The position numbers were made by a program, and so were the translations under genes. Shown here piece by piece: positions 42,990-55,900 of a DNA stretch of 64,000 bases (positions within the stretch are counted from its first letter, which is position 1; each line of letters starts with the position of its first letter). A model generated the notes under the pieces. The model made no database searches and was not told the origin of the DNA. It saw nothing but the letters and a program-made list of their open reading frames with translations. Location: the NCBI GenBank assembly GCA_964247055.1, contig OZ176056.1, positions 496,001 to 560,000 of the forward strand, read 5' to 3'. The DNA is from Paragordius varius. Its lineage: Eukaryota; Animalia; Nematomorpha.

Positions 42990-45900
42990 ATAGTTTGACA
43001 AACTCTTTCATATCCGATTTTTACAACGATACTTTTTTAAAATTATGGTATTAAACCAGTCGCATCAATACTCAAGTTAAACTTTGTCCTTAAAAATCGG
43101 ATATTGGTCACCGGTGAACAAAATTATTTTTTATACTCTTAGTAAGACTACATCAAAATATAGAGATAGTTTGACAAACTCTTTCATATCCGATTTTTAC
43201 AACGATACTTTAAAAATTATGGTATTAAACCAGACAATCAATACTCAAGTTAAACTTTGTCCTTAAAAATCGGATTGGTCACCGGTGAACAAAATTATTT
43301 TATATACATTCTCTTAGTAAGACTACATCAAAATATAGAGATAATTTGACAAATTCTTTCATATCCGATTTTTACAACGATACTTTAAAAATTAATGTAT
43401 AAAACTAGTCGTATCAATAAATCGCATCAATACTCAAGTTAAACTTTGTCCTTAAAAATCGGATATTGGTCACCGGAGAACAAAATTATTTTTTATACAT
43501 TCTCTTAGTAGGACTACATCAAAATATAAAGATAGTTTGGCAAACTGTTTCATATCCGATTTTTACAACGATACTTTTTTAAAATTATGGTATTAAACCA
43601 GTCGCATCAATACTCAAGTTAAACTTTGTCCTTAAAAATCGGATATTGGTCTCCGGTGAACAAAATTATTTTCATACATTCTCTTAGTAAGACTACATTT
43701 TAAAATATAGAGATAGTTTGAAAAACTCTTTCATATCCGATTTTTACAACGATACTTTAAAAATTAATGTATTAAACCAGTCGCATCAATACTCAAGATA
43801 AACTCTGTCCTTAAAAATCGAATATTGGTCACCGGTGAACGAAATAATTTTTTATACATTCTCTTAGTAAGACTACATCAAAATATAGAGATAGTTTGAC
43901 AAACTCTTTCATAAACGATTTTTACAACGATACTTTAAAAATTAATGTGTTAAACTAGTCGCATCAATACTCAAGTTAAACTTTGTCCTTAAAAATCGGA
44001 TATTGGTCACCGGTGAACAAAATTATTTTTTATACATTCTCTTAGTAAGACTACATCAAAATATAGAAATAGTTTGACAAACTCTTTCATATCCGATTTT
44101 TACAACGATACTTTTTTAAAATTATGGTATTAAACCAGTCGCATCAATACTCAAGTTAAACTTTGTCCTTAAAAATCGGATATTGGTCACCGGTGAACAA
44201 AATTATTTTTTATACTCTTAGTAAGACTACATCAAAATATAGAGATAGTTTGACAAACTCTTTCATATCCGATTTTTACAACGATACTTTAAAAATTATG
44301 GTATTAAACCAGACAATCAATACTCAAGTTAAACTTTGTCCTTAAAAATCGGATTGGTCACCGGTGAACAAAATTATTTTATATACATTCTCTTAGTAAG
44401 ACTACATCAAAATATAGAGATAATTTGACAAATTCTTTCATATCCGATTTTTACAACGATACTTTAAAAATTAATGTATAAAACTAGTCGTATCAATAAA
44501 TCGCATCAATACTCAAGTTAAACTTTGTCCTTAAAAATCGGATATTGGTCACCGGAGAACAAAATTATTTTTTATACATTCTCTTAGTAGGACTACATCA
44601 AAATATAAAGATAGTTTGGCAAACTGTTTCATATCCGATTTTTACAACGATACTTTTTTAAAATTATGGTATTAAACCAGTCGCATCAATACTCAAGTTA
44701 AACTTTGTCCTTAAAAATCGGATATTGGTCTCCGGTGAACAAAATTATTTTCATACATTCTCTTAGTAAGACTACATTTTAAAATATAGAGATAGTTTGA
44801 AAAACTCTTTCATATCCGATTTTTACAACGATACTTTAAAAATTAATGTATTAAACCAGTCGCATCAATACTCAAGATAAACTCTGTCCTTAAAAATCGA
44901 ATATTGGTCACCGGTGAACGAAATAATTTTTTATACATTCTATTAGTAAGACTACATCAAAATATAGAGATAGTTTGACAAACTCTTTCATATCCGATTT
45001 TTACAACGATACTTTAAAAATTAATGTGTTAAACTAGTCGCATCAATACTCAAGTTAAACTTTGTCCTTAAAAATCGGATATTGGTCACCGGTGAACAAA
45101 ATTATTTTTTATACATTCTCTTAGTAAGACTACATCAAAATATAGAGATAGTTTGACAAACTCTTTCATATCCGATTTTTACAACGATACTTTTTTAAAA
45201 TTATGGTATTAAACCAGTCGCATCAATACTCAAGTTAAACTTTGTCCTTAAAAATCGGATATTGGTCACCGGTGAACAAAATTATTTTTTATACTCTTAG
45301 TAAGACTACATCAAAATATAGAGATAGTTTGACAAACTCTTTCATATCCGATTTTTACAACGATACTTTAAAAATTATGGTATTAAACCAGACAATCAAT
45401 ACTCAAGTTAAACTTTGTCCTTAAAAATCGGATTGGTCACCGGTGAACAAAATTATTTTATATACATTCTCTTAGTAAGACTACATCAAAATATAGAGAT
45501 AATTTGACAAATTCTTTCATATCCGATTTTTACAACGATACTTTAAAAATTAATGTATAAAACTAGTCGTATCAATAAATCGCATCAATACTCAAGTTAA
45601 ACTTTGTCCTTAAAAATCGGATATTGGTCACCGGAGAACAAAATTATTTTTTATACATTCTCTTAGTAGGACTACATCAAAATATAAAGATAGTTTGGCA
45701 AACTGTTTCATATCCGATTTTTACAACGATACTTTTTTAAAATTATGGTATTAAACCAGTCGCATCAATACTCAAGTTAAACTTTGTCCTTAAAAATCGG
45801 ATATTGGTCTCCGGTGAACAAAATTATTTTCATACATTCTCTTAGTAAGACTACATTTTAAAATATAGAGATAGTTTGAAAAACTCTTTCATATCCGATT

Positions 45901-46230
45901 TTTACAACGATACTTTAAAAATTAATGTATTAACCCAGTCGCATCAATACTCAAGATAAACTCTGTCCTTAAAAATCGAATATTGGTCACCGGTGAACGA
46001 AATAATTTTTTATACATTCTCTTAGTAAGACTACATCAAAATATAGAGATAGTTTGACAAACTCTTTCATATCCGATTTTTACAACGATACTTTAAAAAT
46101 TAATGTGTTAAACTAGTCGCATCAATACTCAAGTTAAACTTTGTCCTTAAAAATCGGATATTGGTCACCGGTGAACAAAATTATTTTTTATACATTCTCT
46201 TAGTAAGACTACATCAAAATATAGAGATAG
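42990..46230 (+). repeat. Same 6-monomer HOR, 1,079 bp x 3
   Basis: ORFs at 43084/44163/45242, with the same diagnostic variants (GTCTCCGG, ACATTTTAAAA, GAACGAAAT, CCGGAGAAC). Confidence 0.92.
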
Positions 46231-46954
46231 TTTGACTAACCCTTTCATATCCGATTTTTGCAACGATACTTAAAAATTAATGTATTAAACTAGTCGCATC
46301 AATACTCAAGCTAAACATTGTCCTTAAAAATCGGATATTGGTCACCCGTGAACAAAATTATTTTTTATACATTCTCTTAGTAGGACTACATCAAAATATA
46401 GAGATAGTTTGGCAAACTGTTTCATATCCGATTTTTACAACGATACTTTAAAAATTAATGTATAAAACTAGTCGCATCAATACTCAAGTTAAACTTTGTC
46501 CTTAAAAATCGAATATTGGTCACCGGTGAACAAAATTATTTTTTATACATTCTCTTAGTAAGACTACATCAAAATATAGAAATAGTTTGACAAACTCTTT
46601 CTTATCCGAGTTTTACAACGATACTTAAAAATTAATTTATTAAACTAGTCGCATCAATACTCAAGCTAAACATTGTCCTTAAAAATCGGATATTGGTCAC
46701 CGGTGAACAAAACTATTTTTTATACATTCTCTTAGTAAGACTACATCAAAATATAGAGATAGTTTGACTAACTCTTTATTAAACTAGTCGCATCAATACT
46801 CAAGTTAAACTTTGTCCTTAAAAATCGGATATTGGTCACGGGTGAACAAAATTATTTTTTATACATTCTCTTAGTAAGACTACATCAAAATATAGAGATA
46901 GTTTGACTAACTCTTTATTAAACTAGTCGCATCAATACTCAAGTTAAACTTTGT

Positions 46955-49900
46955 CCTTAAAAATCGGATATTGGTCACCGGTGAACAAAATTATTTTATA
47001 TACATTCTCTTAGTAAGACTACATCAAAATATAGAGATAGTTGGACAAACTCTTTCATATCCGATTTATACAACGATACTTTAAAAATTAATGTATAAAA
47101 CTAGTCGCATCAATACTCAAGCTAAACATTGTCCTTAAAAATCGGATATTGGTCACCGGTGAACAAAATTATTTTTTATACATTCTCTTAGTAAGACTAC
47201 ATCAAAATATAGAGATAGTTTTACAAACTCTTTAATATCCGATTTTTACAACGATACTTTAAAAATTAATGTATTAAACTAGTCGCATCAATACTCAAGT
47301 TAAACTTTGTCCATAAAAATCGGATATTGGTCACCGGTGAACAAAATAATTTTTTATACATTCTCTTAGTAAGACTACATCAAAATATAGAGATAGTTTG
47401 ACAAACTCTTTCATATCCGATTTTTACAGCGATACTTTAAAAATTAATGTATAAAACTAGTCGCATCAATACTCAAGTTAAACTTTGTCCTTAAAAATCG
47501 GATATTGGTCACAGGTGAACAAAATTATTTTTTATACATTATCTTAGTACGACTACATCAAAATATAGATATAGTTTGACAAACTCTTTCATATCCGATT
47601 TTTACAGCGATACTTTAAAAATTAATGTATAAAACAAGTCGCATCAATACTCAAGTTAAACTTTGACTTAAAAATCGGATATTGGTCACCGGTGAACAAA
47701 ATTATTTTTTATACATTTTCTTATTAGGACTATATCAAAATATAGAGATATTTTGACAAATTCTTTCATATCCGATTTTTAAAACGATACTTTAAAAATT
47801 AATGTATTAAACTAGTCGCATCAATACTCAATTTAAACTTTGTCCTTAAAAATCGGATATTGGTCGCCGGTAAAGAAAATTATTTAATATACATTCTCTT
47901 AGTAGGACTACATCAATATATAGAGATAGTTTGACAAACTCTTTCATATCCGATTTTTACAACGATACTTTAAAAATTAATGTATAATACTAGTCGCATC
48001 AATACTCAAGTTAAACTTTGTCCTTAAAAATCGGATATTGGTCACCGGTTAACAAAACTATTTTTTATACATTCTCTTAGTAGGACTACATCAAAATATA
48101 GAGATAGTTTGACAAACTCTTTCATATCCGATTTTTACAGCGATACTTTAAAAATTAATGTATAAAACTAGTCGCATCAATACTCAAGTTAAACTTTGTG
48201 TCTAAAAAATCGGATATTGGTCACAGGTGAACAAAATTATTTTTTATACATTATCTTAGTAGGACTACATCAAAATATAGAGATAGTTTGACAAACTCTT
48301 TCATATCCGATTTTTACAACGATACTTTAAAAATTAATGTATAAAACTAGTCGCATCATTAGTCAAGTCTTTGTCCTTAAAAATCGGATATTGGTCGCCG
48401 GTAAAGAAAATTATTTTTTACACATTCTCTTAGTAGTACTACATCAAAATATAGAGATAGTTTGACAAACTCTTTCATATCCGATTTTTACAACGATACT
48501 TTAAAAATTAATGTATAAAACTAGCCGCATCATTAGTCAAATTAAATTGTCCTTATAAATCTGATATTGGTCACCGGTGAACAAAATTAATTTTTATACA
48601 TTATCTTAGTAGGACTACATCAAAATATAGAGATAGTTTGACAAACTCTTTCATATCCGATTTTTACAAGGATACTTTAAAAATAAATGTATAAAACTAG
48701 TCGCATCATTAGTCAAGTCTTTGTCCTTAAAAATCGGATATTGGTCACCGGTGAACAAAATTATTTTTTATACATTCTCTTAGTAGGACTACATCAAAAT
48801 ATAGAGATAGTTTGACAAACTCTTTCATATCCGATTTTTACAGCGATACTTTAAAAATTAATGTATAAAACTAGTCGCATCAATACTCAAGTTAAACTTT
48901 GTGTCTAAAAAATCGGATATTGGTCACAGGTGAACAAAATTATTTTTTATACATTATCTTAGTAGGACTACATCAAAATATAGAGATAGTTTGACAAACT
49001 CTTTCATATCCGATTTTTACAACGATACTTTAAAAATTAATGTATAAAACTAGTCGCATCATTAGTCAAGTCTTTGTCCTTAAAAATCGGATATTGGTCG
49101 CCGGTAAAGAAAATTATTTTTTACACATTCTCTTAGTAGTACTACATCAAAATATAGAGATAGTTTGACAAACTCTTTCATATCCGATTTTTACAACGAT
49201 ACTTTAAAAATTAATGTATAAAACTAGCCGCATCATTAGTCAAATTAAATTGTCCTTATAAATCTGATATTGGTCACCGGTGAACAAAATTAATTTTTAT
49301 ACATTATCTTAGTAGGACTACATCAAAATATAGAGATAGTTTGACAAACTCTTTCATATCCGATTTTTACAACGATACTTTAAAAATTAATGTATAAAAC
49401 TAGTCGCATCAATAGTCAAGTTATACTTTGTCCTTAAAAATCGGATATTGGTCACCGGTGTTTTTTATACATTCTCTTAGTAAGACTACATCAAAATATA
49501 GAGATAGTTGGACAAACTCTTTCATATCCGATTTATACAACGATACTTTAAAAATTAATGTATAAAACTAGTCGCATCAATACTCAAGCTAAACATTGTC
49601 CTTAAAAATCGGATATTGGTCACCGGTGAACAAAATTATTTTTTATACATTCTCTTAGTAAGACTACATCAAAATATAGAGATAGTTTTACAAACTCTTT
49701 AATATCCGATTTTTACAACGATACTTTAAAAATTAATGTATTAAACTAGTCGCATCAATACTCAAGTTAAACTTTGTCCATAAAAATCGGATATTGGTCA
49801 CCGGTGAACAAAATAATTTTTTATACATTCTCTTAGTAAGACTACATCAAAATATAGAGATAGTTTGACAAACTCTTTCATATCCGATTTTTACAGCGAT

Positions 49901-52900
49901 ACTTTAAAAATTAATGTATAAAACTAGTCGCATCAATACTCAAGTTAAACTTTGTCCTTAAAAATCGGATATTGGTCACAGGTGAACAAAATTATTTTTT
50001 ATACATTATCTTAGTACGACTACATCAAAATATAGATATAGTTTGACAAACTCTTTCATATCCGATTTTTACAGCGATACTTTAAAAATTAATGTATAAA
50101 ACAAGTCGCATCAATACTCAAGTTAAACTTTGACTTAAAAATCGGATATTGGTCACCGGTGAACAAAATTATTTTTTATACATTTTCTTAGTAGGACTAT
50201 ATCAAAATATAGAGATATTTTGACAAATTCTTTCATATCCGATTTTTAAAACGATACTTTAAAAATTAATGTATTAAACTAGTCGCATCAATACTCAATT
50301 TAAACTTTGTCCTTAAAAATCGGATATTGGTCGCCGGTAAAGAAAATTATTTAATATACATTCTCTTAGTAGGACTACATCAATATATAGAGATAGTTTG
50401 ACAAACTCTTTCATATCCGATTTTTACAACGATACTTTAAAAATTAATGTATAATACTAGTCGCATCAATACTCAACCGGTTAACAAAACTATTTTTTAT
50501 ACATTCTCTTAGTAGGACTACATCAAAATATAGAGATAGTTTGACAAACTCTTTCATATCCGATTTTTACAGCGATACTTTAAAAATTAATGTATAAAAC
50601 TAGTCGCATCAATACTCAAGTTAAACTTTGTGTCTAAAAAATCGGATATTGGTCACAGGTGAACAAAATTATTTTTTATACATTATCTTAGTAGGACTAC
50701 ATCAAAATATAGAGATAGTTTGACAAACTCTTTCATATCCGATTTTTACAACGATACTTTAAAAATTAATGTATAAAACTAGTCGCATCATTAGTCAAGT
50801 CTTTGTCCTTAAAAATCGGATATTGGTCGCCGGTAAAGAAAATTATTTTTTACACATTCTCTTAGTAGTACTACATCAAAATATAGAGATAGTTTGACAA
50901 ACTCTTTCATATCCGATTTTTACAACGATACTTTAAAAATTAATGTATAAAACTAGCCGCATCATTAGTCAAATTAAATTGTCCTTATAAATCTGATATT
51001 GGTCACCGGTGAACAAAATTAATTTTTATACATTATCTTAGTAGGACTACATCAAAATATAGAGATAGTTTGACAAACTCTTTCATATCCGATTTTTACA
51101 AGGATACTTTAAAAATAAATGTATAAAACTAGTCGCATCATTAGTCAAGTCTTTGTCCTTAAAAATCGGATATTGGTCACCGGTGAACAAAATTATTTTT
51201 TATACATTCTCTTAGTAGGACTACATCAAAATATAGAGATAGTTTGACAAACTCTTTCATATCCGATTTTTACAACGATACTTTAAAAATTAATGTATAA
51301 AACTAGTCGCATCAATAGTCAAGTTATACTTTGTCCTTAAAAATCGGATATTGGTCACCGGTGTTTTTTATACATTCTCTTAGTAAGACTACATCAAAAT
51401 ATAGAGATAGTTTGACAAACTCTTTCATATCCGATTTTTACAACGATACTTTAAAAATTAATGTGTAAAACTAGTCGCATCAATACTCAAGTTAAACTTT
51501 GTCCTTAAAAATCAGATATTGGTCACCGGTGAACAAAATTATTTTTTAGACATTTTCTTAGTAAGACTACAGCAAAATATAGAGATAGTTTGACAAACTC
51601 TTTCATATCCGATTTTTACAACGATACTTTGAAAATTAATGTATAAAACTAGTCGTATCAATAAATCGCATCAATACTCAAGTTAAACTTTGTCCTTAAA
51701 AATAGGATATTGGTCACCGGTGAACAAAATTATTTATTATACATTCTCTTAGTAGGACTACATTAAAATATAGAGATAGTTTGGCAAACTCTTTCATATC
51801 CGATTTTTACAACGATACTTTAAAAATTAATGTATAAAACTAGTCGCATCAATACTCAAGTTAAACTTTGTCCTTAAAAATCGAATATTGGTCACCGGTG
51901 AACAAAATTATTTTTTATACATTCTCTTAGTAAGACTACATCAAAATATAGAAATAGTTTGACAAACTCTTTCTTATCCGAGTTTTACAACGATACTTAA
52001 AAATTAATTTATTAAACTAGTCGCATCAATACTCAAGCTAAACATTGTCCTTAAAAATCGGATATTGGTCACCGGTGAACAAAACTATTTTTTATACATT
52101 CTCTTAGTAAGACTACATCAAAATATAGAGATAGTTTGACTAACTCTTTATTAAACTAGTCGCATCAATACTCAAGTTAAACTTTGTCCTTAAAAATCGG
52201 ATATTGGTCACGGGTGAACAAAATTATTTTTTATACATTCTCTTAGTAAGACTACATCAAAATATAGAGATAGTTTGACTAACTCTTTATTAAACTAGTC
52301 GCATCAATACTCAAGTTAAACTTTGTCCTTAAAAATCGGATATTGGTCACCGGTGAACAAAATTATTTTATATACATTCTCTTAGTAAGACTACATCAAA
52401 ATATAGAGATAGTTGGACAAACTCTTTCATATCCGATTTATACAACGATACTTTAAAAATTAATGTATAAAACTAGTCGCATCAATACTCAAGCTAAACA
52501 TTGTCCTTAAAAATCGGATATTGGTCACCGGTGAACAAAATTATTTTTTATACATTCTCTTAGTAAGACTACATCAAAATATAGAGATAGTTTTACAAAC
52601 TCTTTAATATCCGATTTTTACAACGATACTTTAAAAATTAATGTATTAAACTAGTCGCATCAATACTCAAGTTAAACTTTGTCCATAAAAATCGGATATT
52701 GGTCACCGGTGAACAAAATAATTTTTTAGACATTCTCTTAGTAAGACTACATCAAAATATAGAGATAGTTTGACAAACTCTTTCATATCCGATTTTTACA
52801 GCGATACTTTAAAAATTAATGTATAAAACTAGTCGCATCAATACTCAAGTTAAACTTTGTCCTTAAAAATCGGATATTGGTCACAGGTGAACAAAATTAT

Positions 52901-55900
52901 TTTTTATACATTATCTTAGTACGACTACATCAAAATATAGATATAGTTTGACAAACTCTTTCATATCCGATTTTTACAGCGATACTTTAAAAATTAATGT
53001 ATAAAACAAGTCGCATCAATACTCAAGTTAAACTTTGACTTAAAAATCGGATATTGGTCACCGGTGAACAAAATTATTTTTTATACATTTTCTTATTAGG
53101 ACTATATCAAAATATAGAGATATTTTGACAAATTCTTTCATATCCGATTTTTAAAACGATACTTTAAAAATTAATGTATTAAACTAGTCGCATCAATACT
53201 CAATTTAAACTTTGTCCTTAAAAATCGGATATTGGTCGCCGGTAAAGAAAATTATTTAATATACATTCTCTTAGTAGGACTACATCAATATATAGAGATA
53301 GTTTGACAAACTCTTTCATATCCGATTTTTACAACGATACTTTAAAAATTAATGTATAATACTAGTCGCATCAATACTCAAGTTAAACTTTGTCCTTAAA
53401 AATCGGATATTGGTCACCGGTTAACAAAACTATTTTTTATACATTCTCTTAGTAGGACTACATCAAAATATAGAGATAGTTTGACAAACTCTTTCATATC
53501 CGATTTTTACAGCGATACTTTAAAAATTAATGTATAAAACTAGTCGCATCAATACTCAAGTTAAACTTTGTGTCTAAAAAATCGGATATTGGTCACAGGT
53601 GAACAAAATTATTTTTTATACATTATCTTAGTAGGACTACATCAAAATATAGAGATAGTTTGACAAACTCTTTCATATCCGATTTTTACAACGATACTTT
53701 AAAAATTAATGTATAAAACTAGTCGCATCATTAGTCAAGTCTTTGTCCTTAAAAATCGGATATTGGTCGCCGGTAAAGAAAATTATTTTTTACACATTCT
53801 CTTAGTAGTACTACATCAAAATATAGAGATAGTTTGACAAACTCTTTCATATCCGATTTTTACAACGATACTTTAAAAATTAATGTATAAAACTAGCCGC
53901 ATCATTAGTCAAATTAAATTGTCCTTATAAATCTGATATTGGTCACCGGTGAACAAAATTAATTTTTATACATTATCTTAGTAGGACTACATCAAAATAT
54001 AGAGATAGTTTGACAAACTCTTTCATATCCGATTTTTACAAGGATACTTTAAAAATAAATGTATAAAACTAGTCGCATCATTAGTCAAGTCTTTGTCCTT
54101 AAAAATCGGATATTGGTCACCGGTGAACAAAATTATTTTTTATACATTCTCTTAGTAGGACTACATCAAAATATAGAGATAGTTTGACAAACTCTTTCAT
54201 ATCCGATTTTTACAACGATACTTTAAAAATTAATGTATAAAACTAGTCGCATCAATAGTCAAGTTATACTTTGTCCTTAAAAATCGGATATTGGTCACCG
54301 GTGTTTTTTATACATTCTCTTAGTAAGACTACATCAAAATATAGAGATAGTTGGACAAACTCTTTCATATCCGATTTATACAACGATACTTTAAAAATTA
54401 ATGTATAAAACTAGTCGCATCAATACTCAAGCTAAACATTGTCCTTAAAAATCGGATATTGGTCACCGGTGAACAAAATTATTTTTTATACATTCTCTTA
54501 GTAAGACTACATCAAAATATAGAGATAGTTTTACAAACTCTTTAATATCCGATTTTTACAACGATACTTTAAAAATTAATGTATTAAACTAGTCGCATCA
54601 ATACTCAAGTTAAACTTTGTCCATAAAAATCGGATATTGGTCACCGGTGAACAAAATAATTTTTTATACATTCTCTTAGTAAGACTACATCAAAATATAG
54701 AGATAGTTTGACAAACTCTTTCATATCCGATTTTTACAGCGATACTTTAAAAATTAATGTATAAAACTAGTCGCATCAATACTCAAGTTAAACTTTGTCC
54801 TTAAAAATCGGATATTGGTCACAGGTGAACAAAATTATTTTTTATACATTATCTTAGTACGACTACATCAAAATATAGATATAGTTTGACAAACTCTTTC
54901 ATATCCGATTTTTACAGCGATACTTTAAAAATTAATGTATAAAACAAGTCGCATCAATACTCAAGTTAAACTTTGACTTAAAAATCGGATATTGGTCACC
55001 GGTGAACAAAATTATTTTTTATACATTTTCTTATTAGGACTATATCAAAATATAGAGATATTTTGACAAATTCTTTCATATCCGATTTTTAAAACGATAC
55101 TTTAAAAATTAATGTATTAAACTAGTCGCATCAATACTCAATTTAAACTTTGTCCTTAAAAATCGGATATTGGTCGCCGGTAAAGAAAATTATTTAATAT
55201 ACATTCTCTTAGTAGGACTACATCAATATATAGAGATAGTTTGACAAACTCTTTCATATCCGATTTTTACAACGATACTTTAAAAATTAATGTATAATAC
55301 TAGTCGCATCAATACTCAAGTTAAACTTTGTCCTTAAAAATCGGATATTGGTCACCGGTTAACAAAACTATTTTTTATACATTCTCTTAGTAGGACTACA
55401 TCAAAATATAGAGATAGTTTGACAAACTCTTTCATATCCGATTTTTACAGCGATACTTTAAAAATTAATGTATAAAACTAGTCGCATCAATACTCAAGTT
55501 AAACTTTGTGTCTAAAAAATCGGATATTGGTCACAGGTGAACAAAATTATTTTTTATACATTATCTTAGTAGGACTACATCAAAATATAGAGATAGTTTG
55601 ACAAACTCTTTCATATCCGATTTTTACAACGATACTTTAAAAATTAATGTATAAAACTAGTCGCATCATTAGTCAAGTCTTTGTCCTTAAAAATCGGATA
55701 TTGGTCGCCGGTAAAGAAAATTATTTTTTACACATTCTCTTAGTAGTACTACATCAAAATATAGAGATAGTTTGACAAACTCTTTCATATCCGATTTTTA
55801 CAACGATACTTTAAAAATTAATGTATAAAACTAGCCGCATCATTAGTCAAATTAAATTGTCCTTATAAATCTGATATTGGTCACCGGTGAACAAAATTAA

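Larger units (their letters stand above)
25445..47100 (+). repeat. Large tandem segmental duplication: copy 1 ~25445-36800 (11,353 bp, ~64 monomers), copy 2 ~36800-47100 (~10,275 bp)
   Basis: Constant offset of 11,353 for ORFs 29776/41129, 31021/42374, 31731/43084, 32810/44163 and 33889/45242, and for CCGTAAAA 25859/37212 and AACTAGCC 25473/36826. The offset is 10,275 after the 6-mer block (36402->46677). Confidence 0.92.

Noticed and set aside
3387-45424. 19 near-identical 60-aa ORFs (MSLKIGYWSPVNK...)
   Set aside because: Each begins at a TTG in the monomer junction and coincides with one 173-bp monomer variant. A 4-bp deletion (ATAC|TCTTAG) bypasses the usual TAG and a 1-bp-shorter CAGACAATC bypasses a TAA. 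I saw no RBS, promoter or recognisable domain. They are useful only as HOR markers.
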